A stretch of 63,716 nt of DNA from Betaproteobacteria bacterium. GTDB lineage: Bacteria > Pseudomonadota > Gammaproteobacteria > Burkholderiales > SG8-41. This document shows, piece by piece, positions 52,774 to 63,716 of the stretch (position 1 is its first letter; the number at the start of each line of letters is the position of its first letter). Under the pieces are notes generated by a model. The model was not told the origin of the DNA. It made no database searches and saw nothing but the letters and a program-made list of their open reading frames with translations. Location: positions 1 to 63,716 of the forward strand of contig CANJQI010000005.1 in assembly GCA_947476215.1 (NCBI GenBank). The letters run 5' to 3'. A program made the position numbers and the translations under genes.

Positions 52774-54103
52774 CGCTATAGTCGCCATTGCCACGGCGCC
52801 CGGTCGTGGCGCTATCGGTGTGGTGCGTGTTTCGGGGCCGCATTTGGCGCCATTCCTGCTGGCACTGGTCAACAAAGTTGTTATCGCGCGGCACGCAACG
52901 CGAGCCGATTTCCGGAATGCCGATGGCGGCCTGATAGATCAGGGCCTGGTATTGTACTTCCCCGCGCCGCACTCCTATACGGGCGAGGATGTGATCGAGT
53001 TGCAGGGGCATGGTGGCCCGGTGGTCATGCAACTCCTGGTAGCGCGCTGTGTCGAGCTGGGCGCGCGCCTGGCGGAACCCGGCGAGTTTACGAAACGCGC
53101 GTTCCTGAACGACAAACTGGATCTCGCACAGGCCGAAAGCGTTGCGGATCTGATAGACGCGACGACTGCCGAAGCTGCGCGCTGTGCGCTGCGTTCTCTG
53201 CAAGGCGACTTCTCGCGTCAGATTGATGCCATGGTGTCGGATCTGGTAGGGTTGCGGATACTCGTCGAAGCCACGCTGGATTTTCCGGAAGAGGAACTGG
53301 ACGTCCTGGATAACTCAAACACGCAGGGAAAGCTGGCGGCTGTTCGCGAGCAATTGGCGCGTGTCATCGAGACGTCGCGTCGCGGTAGCCTGCTGCGCGA
53401 TGGCATACACGTAGTTTTGGCTGGACAGCCAAACGTCGGCAAGTCGAGTCTCATGAACCGGCTGGCGGGGAGCGCACGCGCTATCGTGACGGATATACCG
53501 GGCACCACGCGCGACGCAATACGCGAGACCATTGCAATTCAGGGCATTCCTCTGCACCTGATCGATACCGCCGGGTTACGCGAGCCCCAGGATGAGGTGG
53601 AGACGATAGGCATATCAAGGACATGGGAAGCCATTTCAGAGGCGGATCTGGTCCTCTGGGTGAGTGACATGACACGTCCCGAGACCCATGACATCGATCC
53701 GACGCTCGCCGGTCGTCTGTCACTTGGCGTACGGTATTTGCACGTGTTAAACAAGTGCGATCTGATGCCGCCCTCATCAGGGGGGGGCCAAGCAGATCAC
53801 GTCAGTAAAGTCCACATATCAGCCCTGACCGGGGTCGGAATTGAACAGCTACGGAATTCCGTCTTGGACATCATGGGTTGGAGTGGCGGCAGCGAGACCA
53901 CCTTCATGGCGCGTGCCAGACATATGCAAGCGTTGAAATCCGCGCAAAATCATCTCGACGCTGCACTTTTGTGTGTAGGTCGGCTGGAGCTGTTCGCTGA
54001 AGAATTAACCCTCGCACAACGGGCATTATCCAGCATTACCGGTGAATTCACTGCCGATGACTTGTTGGGTGAAATATTTTCGCGGTTCTGCATCGGAAAG
54101 TAG
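52763..54103 (+). CDS. mnmE: tRNA modification GTPase MnmE
   Basis: It has the N-terminus [22 protein letters not shown], the G1 motif [12 protein letters not shown] and the C-terminal FCIGK. The start at ATG 52763 overlaps the yidC end by 11 nt. Confidence 0.92.
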   Translation: MANDAIVAIATAPGRGAIGVVRVSGPHLAPFLLALVNKVVIARHATRADFRNADGGLIDQGLVLYFPAPHSYTGEDVIELQGHGGPVVMQLLVARCVELGARLAEPGEFTKRAFLNDKLDLAQAESVADLIDATTAEAARCALRSLQGDFSRQIDAMVSDLVGLRILVEATLDFPEEELDVLDNSNTQGKLAAVREQLARVIETSRRGSLLRDGIHVVLAGQPNVGKSSLMNRLAGSARAIVTDIPGTTRDAIRETIAIQGIPLHLIDTAGLREPQDEVETIGISRTWEAISEADLVLWVSDMTRPETHDIDPTLAGRLSLGVRYLHVLNKCDLMPPSSGGGQADHVSKVHISALTGVGIEQLRNSVLDIMGWSGGSETTFMARARHMQALKSAQNHLDAALLCVGRLELFAEELTLAQRALSSITGEFTADDLLGEIFSRFCIGK

Positions 54104-54166
54104 CAGCAGGCGAGTCATCCCCATCCGGGGCATGAGCATCGAGGTTTTGGGCTTACAACGCTACGA

Positions 54167-54182
54167 TGTTCCACGTGAAACA
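54167..54182. promoter_or_regulatory. parS centromere-like site
   Basis: TGTTCCACGTGAAACA matches the widely conserved chromosomal parS consensus TGTTNCACGTGAAACA exactly. It lies in the mnmE-mnmG spacer, about 2.7 kb upstream of parAB. Confidence 0.8.
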
Positions 54183-54320
54183 TAGGGCGGCGACTCACCG
54201 GTAACAGGAGGGGTGGACAGCGTAGCGCCGGCCGGCTAGTTCTTGCCTGTTGCACGCAAGTCTTCGTATTGGGAAAATTATCGGGTATTATTGCGCCCCC
54301 GGTATTTTCCAGCGGCTAAC

Positions 54321-56213
54321 ATGCAATTCTCTGAATCATTCGACGTTATCGTCGTCGGCGGCGGTCACGCAGGAACCGAAGCAGCACTTGCCAGTGCCCG
54401 CAGTGGCCGGCGGACGCTGTTGTTGACGCACAACGTCGAAACGCTGGGACAGATGTCCTGTAATCCCTCCATTGGGGGTATAGGCAAAGGACATCTGGTC
54501 AGGGAAGTGGATGCACTGGGCGGAGCCATGGCCGCAGCCACTGATGAGGCCGGAATCCAATTTCGGATCCTGAACTCCAGTAAGGGGCCCGCCGTAAGAG
54601 CAACACGCGCCCAAGCGGACCGTCTGCTTTATAAGCACGCCATCCGAACGCGGCTCGAAAACCGGCGTAACTTATTGATATTTCAGCAATCTGTCGCGGA
54701 CCTTACGCTCGATGGCGAGCGTGTCGCGGGTGTGGTTACAGAACTCGGTTTGCGTTTCTCGGCACGCGCCGTGGTTCTGACGACGGGAACATTCCTGTCC
54801 GGACTGATACACGTGGGCCTGAAAAACTACCAGGCCGGACGCGCCGGGGATCCGCCATCCATCAGTCTGGCGTTACGATTGCGGGAACTGAAGCTACCGG
54901 TCGGGCGCCTCAAGACCGGCACGCCGCCGCGGCTCGACGGGCGCAGCATCGATTTTTCGAAATTGACGGAACAACCGGGCGATACGCCCGTGCCAGTGTT
55001 CTCGTTCATGGGCTCGGCGGCACAGCATCCGGCGCAGATGCCGTGCTGGATTACGCATACCAGCGCGCACACGCATGACATCATCCGCGCCGGGCTGGAT
55101 CGCTCGCCGATGTTCACCGGCGTGATCGAGGGGATAGGGCCGCGCTATTGTCCGTCGATAGAAGACAAGATATCGCGCTTTGCCGATAAAACCTCGCATC
55201 AGATATTCCTGGAACCGGAAGGCCTGACGGTCAACGAATATTATCCTAATGGCATATCGACCAGCCTGCCTTTCGACGTGCAGTGCAATCTCGTCCATAG
55301 CATCACGGGTCTGGAAAACGTGCATATCACGCGTCCTGGTTACGCAATCGAATACGATTACTTCGATCCGCGCGGACTCAAGAGTTCGCTAGAGACCAAG
55401 GCCATACAAGGACTGTTTTTTGCCGGTCAGATCAATGGCACCACGGGCTACGAAGAGGCGGCGGCGCAGGGCCTGCTCGCCGGCATCAACGCGGCGCGGC
55501 TGGCCGCCGGTGAGGACGCTTGGTGTCCGCGCCGCAGCGAAGCTTATCTGGGCGTGTTGGTCGACGATTTGATTACGCGTGGTGTATCCGAACCCTACCG
55601 CATGTTTACCAGCCGTGCCGAATATCGTTTAAGCCTGCGCGAAGACAATGCCGACCTGCGCTTGACCGAGATAGGCCGCACGCTGGGCATTGTAGACGAC
55701 GCTCGTTGGTGCCGCTTCGAGACTAAGCGCGCAGCCGTAAGCCGCGAGTGCGAACGACTGAGAACCAGTTGGGTCAATCCGAGGATAGTTGCACGTCATG
55801 AATGCGAACGCGTCGTGGGTCAGGCGCTGGAACGTGAATATACGTTGCAGGACTTGCTGCGCCGGCCCGCAGTAACGTACGAGACCTTGATGACATTGCC
55901 TGGCGCAGGTCCCGCAGTCGGCGACGCGCAGGTCGCGGAACAAGTCGAAATCCAAGCCAAGTATCAAGGCTACATCGAACGGCAACAGGTCGAAATCAAC
56001 CGGCAGGAAGCGTACGAAATGACGCGCTTTCCCGCTGGTCTGGATTACCGCGAAGTACACGGCTTGTCGATAGAGGTGCAACAGAAACTTAACAAGCATC
56101 GTCCCGAGACGCTAGGTCAGGCGGCGCGCATTTCGGGCATAACGCCGGCTGCCATTTCGTTGTTGCTGGTGCATTTGAAGCGCGGCTTTTCCGATGCGAA
56201 GAAGATTGCATGA
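54321..56213 (+). CDS. mnmG: tRNA uridine 5-carboxymethylaminomethyl modification enzyme MnmG (GidA)
   Basis: [16 protein letters not shown] and the rest of the GidA architecture are present. The start is placed at MQFSESFDV (54321). Confidence 0.94.
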   Translation: MQFSESFDVIVVGGGHAGTEAALASARSGRRTLLLTHNVETLGQMSCNPSIGGIGKGHLVREVDALGGAMAAATDEAGIQFRILNSSKGPAVRATRAQADRLLYKHAIRTRLENRRNLLIFQQSVADLTLDGERVAGVVTELGLRFSARAVVLTTGTFLSGLIHVGLKNYQAGRAGDPPSISLALRLRELKLPVGRLKTGTPPRLDGRSIDFSKLTEQPGDTPVPVFSFMGSAAQHPAQMPCWITHTSAHTHDIIRAGLDRSPMFTGVIEGIGPRYCPSIEDKISRFADKTSHQIFLEPEGLTVNEYYPNGISTSLPFDVQCNLVHSITGLENVHITRPGYAIEYDYFDPRGLKSSLETKAIQGLFFAGQINGTTGYEEAAAQGLLAGINAARLAAGEDAWCPRRSEAYLGVLVDDLITRGVSEPYRMFTSRAEYRLSLREDNADLRLTEIGRTLGIVDDARWCRFETKRAAVSRECERLRTSWVNPRIVARHECERVVGQALEREYTLQDLLRRPAVTYETLMTLPGAGPAVGDAQVAEQVEIQAKYQGYIERQQVEINRQEAYEMTRFPAGLDYREVHGLSIEVQQKLNKHRPETLGQAARISGITPAAISLLLVHLKRGFSDAKKIA

Positions 56214-56836
56214 GTGTTGCACAGCAACTTGAGCACGGTATCTCGGCGCTGGGCATGCAGATTGCGCCCGAGATCCGTCAAAAGTTTGTCGACTTCCTGG
56301 ACTTGATCGAGAAGTGGAATCGCGTGCATAACCTGACCGCGGTGCGGGACAAAAAGGCTATGGTGAGCTCCCACGTGCTCGATAGTCTCGCGATTGCGCC
56401 GCATCTGCAAGCGGCTACAGTGCTCGACGTAGGCAGTGGTGCGGGCTTGCCCGGTATTCCTCTCGCGCTGGTCTGGCCTAAGGCGCACGTCACGCTACTC
56501 GACAGCAATCACAAAAAAGCTGCTTTTCTACGGCAGGCCACTATAGAACTCGGACTCAAAAACGTCGCAGTTGTCTGCGAGCGGGTAGAGGCCTGGAAAT
56601 CTACTGATCAGTATGATGTGGTCGTCTCGCGGGCGTTTTCCGATCTTGCCGAATTCCTCAAACTCGCCGGCCGGCACTGCACGAAGCAGGGCACGCTGGC
56701 GGCGATGAAAGGCGTCTACCCGCACGAAGAATTGACGCATTTGCCTGACGATTTCACGCTGAAAAATACCGTCGCATTGACTATTCCGGGGTTGCAAGCC
56801 AAACGGCATCTACTCCTGCTGGCACGGCGCACGTGA
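56210..56836 (+). CDS. rsmG: 16S rRNA (guanine527-N7)-methyltransferase RsmG (GidB)
   Basis: 208 aa with the SAM motif [14 protein letters not shown]. Its ATGA start overlaps the mnmG stop. Confidence 0.9.
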   Translation: MSVAQQLEHGISALGMQIAPEIRQKFVDFLDLIEKWNRVHNLTAVRDKKAMVSSHVLDSLAIAPHLQAATVLDVGSGAGLPGIPLALVWPKAHVTLLDSNHKKAAFLRQATIELGLKNVAVVCERVEAWKSTDQYDVVVSRAFSDLAEFLKLAGRHCTKQGTLAAMKGVYPHEELTHLPDDFTLKNTVALTIPGLQAKRHLLLLARRT

Positions 56837-56837
56837 T

Positions 56838-57632
56838 ATGGCAAGAATACTGGCCATTACCAATCAAAAGGGCGGCGTGGGTAAAACCACGACCAGCGTC
56901 AATCTTGCAGCGAGTCTCGCCGCGACCCGGCAACGCGTGTTGCTGGTCGATCTTGATCCGCAAGGCAACGCGACCATGGGTAGCGGCATAGACAAGCGCA
57001 CGCTCAAGCAAACGGTCTATCACGTGTTGCTGGGCGAGGCTCAAATCCGGGCGGCGCGAGTCACGGACACCGGCACCTATCATGTGCTGCCGTCCAACCG
57101 TGAACTCGCGGGCGCGGAAATCGAGCTGATCGACATTGAGCAGCGCGAAACACGGCTGAAATCCGCGTTGGCGGAGATCGCACACGAATACGACTATATT
57201 CTTATCGACTGTCCTCCATCGCTTAATTTGTTGACGCTCAATGGTCTATGCGCGGCGCAAGCGGTGTTGATCCCTATGCAGTGCGAGTACTACGCGCTGG
57301 AAGGATTGAGTGATCTGGTACAAACGATCAAGAAAGTACGCACACACTTGAACCCGCAACTGGAAATCGAAGGCCTGTTACGCACCATGTACGACCCGCG
57401 CAATACGCTAGCCCAGCAGGTGTCCGCGCAGTTGCAACAGCACTTCGGGGACAAGGTCTATCGCGCAGTGATTCCGCGCAACGTACGCTTGGCGGAAGCG
57501 CCGAGTCACGGCATACCGGTATTGATGTTGGACAAGACCTCCAAGGGAGCGCAGGCGTATCTGGCGCTGGCGGGCGAAATATTGAATCGGGAGGCGCAGC
57601 AGGCGCAGGAGACAACAAATGATCAAAGCTAA
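56838..57632 (+). CDS. parA: Chromosome partitioning ATPase ParA (Soj)
   Basis: It has the deviant Walker A motif NQKGGVGKTTT and is 264 aa long. Confidence 0.92.
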   Translation: MARILAITNQKGGVGKTTTSVNLAASLAATRQRVLLVDLDPQGNATMGSGIDKRTLKQTVYHVLLGEAQIRAARVTDTGTYHVLPSNRELAGAEIELIDIEQRETRLKSALAEIAHEYDYILIDCPPSLNLLTLNGLCAAQAVLIPMQCEYYALEGLSDLVQTIKKVRTHLNPQLEIEGLLRTMYDPRNTLAQQVSAQLQQHFGDKVYRAVIPRNVRLAEAPSHGIPVLMLDKTSKGAQAYLALAGEILNREAQQAQETTNDQS

Positions 57633-58473
57633 AGGGCTGGGCAGGGGGCTGGACGCACTGCTCGGCAGTGACGAGCCTCCCGCCGCGAAACCGGGCGATC
57701 AGCAGGCGGAACTCAAGATAGATTTGCTGCAGCCCGGCAAGTATCAGCCGCGCTCGCATATGGATGAGGCGGCATTGAAGGAACTCTCCGACTCGATACG
57801 CGAGCAGGGCATCATACAACCGATCCTCGTACGTCCGGTCAACGACGGACGGTATGAAATCATCGCCGGCGAGCGGCGCTGGCGGGCGGCGCGCTTGGCG
57901 GGTCTGACAGCGGTTCCGGTCCTGGTGCGCAATGTGGCCGACAACAACGCGCTGGTGATGGCGTTGATCGAAAACATCCAGCGTGAAGACCTCAATCCGC
58001 TCGAACAGGCCAACGGCATCCAGCGCCTGATCACTGAATTCGGCGTAACCCACGACAAAGCGGCGGAGATGGTCGGCCGTTCGCGCAGCGCGGTGACCAA
58101 TCTGTTGCGGCTGCTCGGTTTGGCCACGCCTGTGCGCGAACTGCTGCAGCAGGGCAAGCTGGATATGGGACACGCGCGAGCCTTGTTGGCCCTGTCGGGC
58201 CTGCAACAAATCGATACCGCTCGCATGGTCGCGGACCGCGGATTATCGGTGCGCGACACCGAGAAGATGGTCGGGCGTCTGATCAAAAATGTGGCGCCCA
58301 AGAGCTCGCGCCGGGTCACGGATCGCGATGTGCTGCGCCTGCAGGAAGAACTGTCGCAGAAACTTGGCACCAAGGTTGTAATCAAGCCCGGTCGCAAAGG
58401 ACGCGGCTCACTATTGATCGACTATTTGAGCCTTGAGCAGCTCGATGCCCTGCTTGCGCGCTTGATGCGCTGA
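57619..58473 (+). CDS. parB: Chromosome partitioning protein ParB (Spo0J)
   Basis: It has the ParB box GERRWRAA and an HTH region. Its start overlaps the parA end by 14 nt. Confidence 0.92.
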   Translation: MIKAKGLGRGLDALLGSDEPPAAKPGDQQAELKIDLLQPGKYQPRSHMDEAALKELSDSIREQGIIQPILVRPVNDGRYEIIAGERRWRAARLAGLTAVPVLVRNVADNNALVMALIENIQREDLNPLEQANGIQRLITEFGVTHDKAAEMVGRSRSAVTNLLRLLGLATPVRELLQQGKLDMGHARALLALSGLQQIDTARMVADRGLSVRDTEKMVGRLIKNVAPKSSRRVTDRDVLRLQEELSQKLGTKVVIKPGRKGRGSLLIDYLSLEQLDALLARLMR

Positions 58474-58517
58474 TGACTTATTGTATGCCAAATCGGTTAA
58501 CGGTTTGACGGAGGAGG

Positions 58518-58931
58518 ATGTTACTGAGTATAATCAACAGGTTCGCGTTGCGCTTGCCGCGCGCGGTCAACTCGATAGCAAGCAGGCCCTTACGCACGGT
58601 ATTGCGCTGGCAGCTGTATGTCACGCTGGCGCTGGGGCTCGTGGCAGCCGTGTGGGCAGGGCTGCCTGGCGCGGTGTCGGCGTGGTTGGGGGGCTTGGCC
58701 ATCGTCATCGCCGGATTCGTTTCCGCGATTATGGTGTCAAGTCGAAAGGTAAAGTCCGCAGGGGAGGCGCTCAGGACGCTGGTCAGGGCCGAGGCCTGCA
58801 AGATAGCCCTCATTGTGCTCCAGTCGTGGTTGGTGCTGACGACCTATCAAGGCATCGTAGTGAGTGTTTTTTTTGCTTCGTTTGCGGTAACGATACTGAT
58901 TTTTCCGTTTGCATTGTTGGTGCGTGACTAG
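58518..58931 (+). CDS. atpI: ATP synthase protein I-like small membrane protein
   Basis: 137 aa with about four hydrophobic helices, immediately upstream of atpB. A strong GGAGGAGG sits upstream of the ATG. Confidence 0.65.
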   Translation: MLLSIINRFALRLPRAVNSIASRPLRTVLRWQLYVTLALGLVAAVWAGLPGAVSAWLGGLAIVIAGFVSAIMVSSRKVKSAGEALRTLVRAEACKIALIVLQSWLVLTTYQGIVVSVFFASFAVTILIFPFALLVRD

Positions 58932-58952
58932 GATTATTTGGGATAGTTAATA

Positions 58953-59759
58953 ATGGCTGCCGAACAGGAACTCACTTCGACCCAATATATCGGGCACCAC
59001 CTGACCAATCGCACGGTTTCGTTGGCCGATGGCCCGTTCTGGACGTTGAACATTGACACGGTACTCACTGCTGCCATGCTGGGTGTGATTGGTTTCGGTT
59101 TTCTGTGGTGGGTCGTGCGCGGCGCCACCGCCGGCGTTCCCAACAAGCGTCAGGCATTTGTGGAATTGCTGTTTGATTTTGTCGACGGCCAGGTCAAAGG
59201 AATATTCCATGGCGATCGCTCCTTGGTCTCACCTCTGGCGCTGACCGTGTTTGTGTGGGTGCTGCTGATGAACGCGATGGATTTCATACCTGTCGATCTT
59301 GCAGCCCTGTTTACCGAGCATGTGTTGCATCAGCACGTATGGAAGCCGGTGCCGACGTCCGACGTCAACACCACCTTCGCGCTTGCGCTGTCGGTGTGGG
59401 GACTGATGTTGTTCTACAACGTCAAGGTAAAAGGCATAGGCGGCTGGACGCACGAGTTGTTCTGCACGCCGTTTGGCAGCAACATTTTGCTGATGCCCCT
59501 GAATTTCCTGTTTAACCTGGTGGAATACATCTCCAAGCCGCTATCTCATGCACTGCGGCTTTACGGAAATATTTACGCCGGCGAAATTATCTTCATGCTG
59601 TTGTGGATGTGGGCCGCGACAGGTCTGGTTGGCTCCTTGTTTGGCGGCGTACTCGCGCTGGGCTGGGCGATTTTCCATATTCTGATCGTGGGGCTGCAGG
59701 CCTATATTTTCATGATGCTCACCATTGTCTATATGTCTATGGCGCACGAGAGCCACTAA
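58953..59759 (+). CDS. atpB: F0F1 ATP synthase subunit a
   Basis: 268-aa polytopic protein with the conserved ...[15 protein letters not shown]... motif, which contains the essential Arg. Confidence 0.93.
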   Translation: MAAEQELTSTQYIGHHLTNRTVSLADGPFWTLNIDTVLTAAMLGVIGFGFLWWVVRGATAGVPNKRQAFVELLFDFVDGQVKGIFHGDRSLVSPLALTVFVWVLLMNAMDFIPVDLAALFTEHVLHQHVWKPVPTSDVNTTFALALSVWGLMLFYNVKVKGIGGWTHELFCTPFGSNILLMPLNFLFNLVEYISKPLSHALRLYGNIYAGEIIFMLLWMWAATGLVGSLFGGVLALGWAIFHILIVGLQAYIFMMLTIVYMSMAHESH

Positions 59760-59791
59760 CGCAGTAATTTTTTGATTTAACTGGTATTTAA

Positions 59792-60079
<288 letters not shown>

Positions 60080-60111
60080 ATTTTGTCTAACTGTTCCCGC
60101 AGGGGAAGGCT

Positions 60112-60582
60112 ATGAACCTTACCGTTACGATGATCGCCCAGGCGATCACGTTCTTCGTCTTCATTTTTTTCTGTAAGAAGTTCGTATGGCCACCGTTGGT
60201 CAAGGCCATCGAATCGCGCCAGAAGGAAATCGCCGACGGTCTGGCTGCGGCCGAGCGCGGCAAGCAGGAACTGCAACAGGCTGCAAAGCGCACCGAGGAA
60301 ATTATGCTCGAAGCACGGCAAAGAGCAACCGAGTTGCTCACGCAAGCCGACAAGCGGGCAGCCGAAATTGTCGAAGAGGCGAAGACCGTTGCCAAGAATG
60401 AAGGCGAAAGATTAATCGCGGGTGCCAAGGCGGAAATCAATCAGGAAGTGCTGAGCGCCAAGGAAACGCTGCGGGCGCAGGTTGCTACGCTGGCAGTGGC
60501 CGGGGCGGAAAAAATCCTGCGCCGTGAAGTCGACGCTAAAACGCATGCCGATCTGTTGCGCGCCGTGCAGGCCGAACTGTAA
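60112..60582 (+). CDS. atpF: F0F1 ATP synthase subunit b
   Basis: 156 aa with an N-terminal transmembrane helix followed by a long charged coiled coil. Its operon position fits. Confidence 0.9.
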   Translation: MNLTVTMIAQAITFFVFIFFCKKFVWPPLVKAIESRQKEIADGLAAAERGKQELQQAAKRTEEIMLEARQRATELLTQADKRAAEIVEEAKTVAKNEGERLIAGAKAEINQEVLSAKETLRAQVATLAVAGAEKILRREVDAKTHADLLRAVQAEL

Positions 60583-60591
60583 AGCGGCGGT

Positions 60592-61128
60592 ATGGCTGAA
60601 AACATCACCATCGCGCGACCGTACGCTGAAGCCGTCTTCAGGCTGGCGCGGGAGACCAATACCCTGGATCAGTGGTCGGAGGAGTTGTCTCTGCTCGCGC
60701 AGATCGTTGCCGACGAGCGCGTCGCGCAGTGCATCAGCAATCCCAATGTCACGCGTGCGCAGTTGGAAGGACTGGTTCTGGGTGTCTGCGGCGAACATCT
60801 GGGCGCCACGGGCCGGAATTTCGTGCAGGTTCTGGTTCAATACGCGCGGCTCGCACGCATGCCGGAAATAAGAGCCCTATTTGAGCAATTCAAGCTGGAA
60901 CACGAGGGCGTGCTTGAAGCAAATATTCAATCCGCGTTCGCCATGGACGATACCCAGATCCGTCAATTGGTTGCGGCGTTGGAAACCAAGTATCAGCGCA
61001 AAGTCCGCGCCGAGATTTCCGTCGATGCGCAGTTGATCGGCGGCGTCAAGATTATGGTCGGCGACCAGGTATTGGACGCGACCGTGCGTGGCAGTCTCGA
61101 AACGATGTCCGCCGCGCTTACCCGTTAG
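60592..61128 (+). CDS. atpH: F0F1 ATP synthase subunit delta (OSCP)
   Basis: 178 aa starting ..IARPYAEAVF.., with a C-terminal ..GG.KI.VGD.V.D.T... pattern. Confidence 0.9.
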   Translation: MAENITIARPYAEAVFRLARETNTLDQWSEELSLLAQIVADERVAQCISNPNVTRAQLEGLVLGVCGEHLGATGRNFVQVLVQYARLARMPEIRALFEQFKLEHEGVLEANIQSAFAMDDTQIRQLVAALETKYQRKVRAEISVDAQLIGGVKIMVGDQVLDATVRGSLETMSAALTR

Positions 61129-61138
61129 GAGTTAACAA

Positions 61139-62680
61139 ATGCAACTCAATCCGTCAGAAATCAGCGAACTCATCAAAAGCCGCATTCAGAATCTCGGGGC
61201 AGCCGCGGAAACGCGCACTCAGGGAACCGTCATTTCAGTGACCGACGGTATTTGTCGCGTTCACGGTCTGGCCGACGTGATGCAAGGCGAAATGCTCGAG
61301 TTCCCCAACAACACGTTCGGACTGGCATTGAACCTGGAGCGCGATTCGGTCGGCTCGGTGGTGCTCGGTGAATATGAGCATATTTCAGAAGGTGACCCCG
61401 TTAAAGCCACCGGCCGCATACTTGAGGTGCCGGTAGGCCCCGAATTGATAGGCCGCGTCGTGAACTCTCTGGGTCAACCGATCGACGGCAAAGGTCCGAT
61501 CAACGCCAAGTTGACGGATGTGATCGAAAAAGTCGCGCCGGGCGTGATCGCGCGCAAATCGGTGAGCCAGCCGGTGCAAACCGGTCTTAAGTCGATCGAC
61601 GCCATGGTGCCGGTCGGCCGCGGACAACGTGAATTGATCATCGGTGACCGCCAGACCGGCAAGACTGCGGTCGCCGTAGACACCATCATCAACCAGAAGG
61701 GCAAGGACCTGTTCTGCATCTACGTTGCCATCGGTCAGAAAGCATCGACCATCGCCAACGTAGTGCGCAAGCTGGAAGAATACGGCGCGATGGCGTACAC
61801 CATCGTGGTGGCCGCTTCAGCATCCGAATCCGCGGCCATGCAGTACATTGCGCCGTACTCGGGCTGCACCATGGGCGAATACTTCCGCGACCGCGGCCAG
61901 GATGCGCTGATCGTTTATGACGACCTGACCAAGCAGGCCTGGGCCTATCGCCAGGTATCGTTGCTGCTGCGCCGGCCGCCGGGTCGCGAAGCCTATCCGG
62001 GCGATGTGTTCTATTTGCATTCGCGTCTGCTGGAGCGCGCTGCGCGCGTTAACGAAGCCTATGTCGAAAAATTCACCAATGGTGCAGTCAAAGGCAAGAC
62101 CGGATCACTAACCGCGTTACCGGTGATTGAAACACAAGCAGGCGACGTGTCCGCCTTCGTGCCGACCAACGTTATTTCCATTACCGATGGCCAGATCTTT
62201 CTTGAGACCGATCTTTTCAACGCCGGTATCCGCCCCGCCATCAACGCCGGTATTTCGGTATCGCGCGTGGGCGGTGCGGCGCAAACCAAGGTCATCAAGA
62301 AGCTCGGCGGCGGTGTCCGTCTTGCTCTTGCGCAATATCGCGAACTCGCGGCATTTGCACAGTTCGCGTCGGACCTCGACGAAGCCACCCGCAAGCAGTT
62401 GGAGCGTGGCCGCCTCGTGACCGAGTTGATGAAGCAGCTTCAGTATCGTCCTCAGCAGGTCTGGGAAATGGCGTTGACGCTGTTTGCCGTCAACAACGGC
62501 TACTTTGACGATATCGATGTCAAGAAAGCGCTGACCGCCGAAAAAGCACTACGCGACTTCATCAAGTCCAAGTACGCGGCGATCGCGGATTCGATCGAGA
62601 AGACCAAGGATCTGTCCAAGGAAGATGAAGACAAGTTGCACGAGGCGATCAAGGACTTCAAAAAGACCGGATCGTATTGA
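61139..62680 (+). CDS. atpA: F0F1 ATP synthase subunit alpha
   Basis: 513 aa with the Walker A motif [13 protein letters not shown]. Confidence 0.96.
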   Translation: MQLNPSEISELIKSRIQNLGAAAETRTQGTVISVTDGICRVHGLADVMQGEMLEFPNNTFGLALNLERDSVGSVVLGEYEHISEGDPVKATGRILEVPVGPELIGRVVNSLGQPIDGKGPINAKLTDVIEKVAPGVIARKSVSQPVQTGLKSIDAMVPVGRGQRELIIGDRQTGKTAVAVDTIINQKGKDLFCIYVAIGQKASTIANVVRKLEEYGAMAYTIVVAASASESAAMQYIAPYSGCTMGEYFRDRGQDALIVYDDLTKQAWAYRQVSLLLRRPPGREAYPGDVFYLHSRLLERAARVNEAYVEKFTNGAVKGKTGSLTALPVIETQAGDVSAFVPTNVISITDGQIFLETDLFNAGIRPAINAGISVSRVGGAAQTKVIKKLGGGVRLALAQYRELAAFAQFASDLDEATRKQLERGRLVTELMKQLQYRPQQVWEMALTLFAVNNGYFDDIDVKKALTAEKALRDFIKSKYAAIADSIEKTKDLSKEDEDKLHEAIKDFKKTGSY

Positions 62681-62713
62681 TCGGTAAAGCGACGGATTAC
62701 TTAGTAGACTGAC

Positions 62714-63586
62714 ATGGCCGGCACAAAAGAAATACGCACCAAGATCAAGAGCGTGCAGAACACGCGCAAAATCACCAAAGCGATGGAAATGGTCGCGGCG
62801 TCGAAGATGCGCAAGGCACAGGACCGCATGCGTGCGGCGCGGCCCTATGGCGACAAGATACGTAATATCGCCGCCAATCTCGCACGTGCCAACCCGGAAT
62901 ATAAACCTGCGTTTCTACGCACGAGTAACGATACCGGTGCCATCGGCGTGATCGTGGTTACCACCGACAAAGGCCTGTGCGGCGGTCTGAACACCAACAT
63001 CTTGCGCAAGCTGCTGGCGCGGCTCAAGGAATTCGACGGCCAGGGCAAGAAGGTGTTGGCGACGGCGATAGGCAACAAGGGATTTGGTTTTCTGAGTCGA
63101 CTCGGTTCAAATGTCGTTTCGCATGTGGTGCAGTTTGGCGACACGCCCCGCCTCGACAAGCTGATAGGCCCGGTCAAGGTTATGCTGGATGCCTATAGTG
63201 CAGGCAAGCTGGACGCCGTTTACCTGTTCTATACCAGCTTCGTCAACACCATGAAGCAGGAACCCACGGTCGAACAGTTGTTGCCGCTGTCCGCTGAGCG
63301 CATGCAGGTTGACCCACAGGCGCATGCGTGGGATTACATATACGAGCCGGACCCCCGTTCCGTAATCGACGAACTGTTGTTGCGTTACGTGGAAGCGCTG
63401 ATTTACCAGGCGGTGGCGGAGAACATGGCTTCCGAGCAGAGCGCCCGTATGGTTGCGATGAAGTCGGCATCGGACAACGCCAAGACTCTGATCGACGAAC
63501 TTCAGTTGACTTACAACAAGGCGCGCCAGGCATCGATAACCAAAGAGCTTTCGGAGATCGTCGGCGGCGCGGCAGCCGTAGGCTGA
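62714..63586 (+). CDS. atpG: F0F1 ATP synthase subunit gamma
   Basis: 290 aa with the N-terminus [32 protein letters not shown] and the C-terminus [14 protein letters not shown]. Confidence 0.94.
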   Translation: MAGTKEIRTKIKSVQNTRKITKAMEMVAASKMRKAQDRMRAARPYGDKIRNIAANLARANPEYKPAFLRTSNDTGAIGVIVVTTDKGLCGGLNTNILRKLLARLKEFDGQGKKVLATAIGNKGFGFLSRLGSNVVSHVVQFGDTPRLDKLIGPVKVMLDAYSAGKLDAVYLFYTSFVNTMKQEPTVEQLLPLSAERMQVDPQAHAWDYIYEPDPRSVIDELLLRYVEALIYQAVAENMASEQSARMVAMKSASDNAKTLIDELQLTYNKARQASITKELSEIVGGAAAVG

Positions 63587-63671
63587 GCAACGTCGTAGCA
63601 GGCAAGCATCAATGGCTGGTCCGGCCAGCCATGTGAAAAGAATTTAACGAATTGAGAAGAAAGGAAACACC

Positions 63672-63716
63672 ATGAGTGCTGTGTTGAGTGAGGGAAAGAT
63701 CGTCCAGTGCATAGGC
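63672..63716 (+). CDS. atpD: F0F1 ATP synthase subunit beta, first 15 codons (continues beyond the window)
   Basis: MSAVLSEGKIVQCIG matches the usual AtpD N-terminus (GKIVQ.IG). An AGGAAA sits upstream. Its operon position fits. Confidence 0.8.
   Translation, partial: MSAVLSEGKIVQCIG

Noticed and set aside
51934-52875. 313-aa minus-strand ORF opposite yidC/mnmE, and a 293-aa ORF at 57328-58209 opposite parA/parB.
   Set aside because: Same reasoning as for the other antisense ORFs: each is antisense to conserved genes and has no motifs.
53780-53787. G8 homopolymer inside mnmE. There is also an A9 run at 42866-42874 in the topoisomerase gene and a T8 run at 58868-58875 in atpI. All were considered as possible phase-variation tracts.
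   Set aside because: All three are in frame within essential or housekeeping genes, where on/off switching is implausible. They are more likely neutral tracts, or at most places to double-check for sequencing indels.

Overview
This window is a roughly 64 kb chromosomal segment that looks betaproteobacterial. That placement is an inference from gene order, the Bug/TctC-type binding proteins and the rsmB-DUF4390-ntrY-ntrX arrangement; I ran no search.

Most of it is core housekeeping around the replication-origin neighbourhood:
- pilQ'(3' end)-aroK-aroB-dgt-gltB-gltD-hemE-priA-argS, then a SPOR protein, two tandem dsbA genes and an SDR.
- An accessory-looking stretch at about 18.0-27.4 kb.
- On the minus strand: pyk-pgk-gap-tkt, ntrX-ntrY-DUF4390-rsmB-fmt-def.
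- On the plus strand: LysM protein-dprA-topoisomerase III-like gene.
- On the minus strand: gyrB-dnaN-dnaA.
- A strand switch, then rpmH-rnpA-yidC-mnmE-mnmG-rsmG-parA-parB-atpIBEFHAG-atpD'(5' end).

I saw no rRNA, tRNA, CRISPR array or intact mobile element. The only mobile-element trace is a truncated IS66-type transposase fragment abutting a truncated ECF-type sigma factor gene.

I did not find a convincing self-contained new system such as a defence island. The best leads are:
1. A 29% G+C spacer with DnaA boxes between dnaA and dnaN. Together with a single perfect box in the dnaA-rpmH spacer, it may form a bipartite origin.
2. A second cluster of DnaA boxes in the 340-nt hemE-priA spacer.
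3. An accessory cluster whose last gene fuses a bicupin-like protein to a C-terminal rubredoxin. It sits with two orphan Bug binding proteins, an alpha/beta hydrolase and an MmgE/PrpD-family protein.
4. An orphan CysO/MoaD-like Gly-Gly sulfur-carrier gene next to the IS scar.
5. A promoter-plus-intrinsic-terminator leader immediately upstream of gltB.
6. An NtrX whose AAA+ module has lost its ATPase and sigma-54 contact motifs.

All motif positions were found by eye. I could not scan the whole window exhaustively for additional copies.
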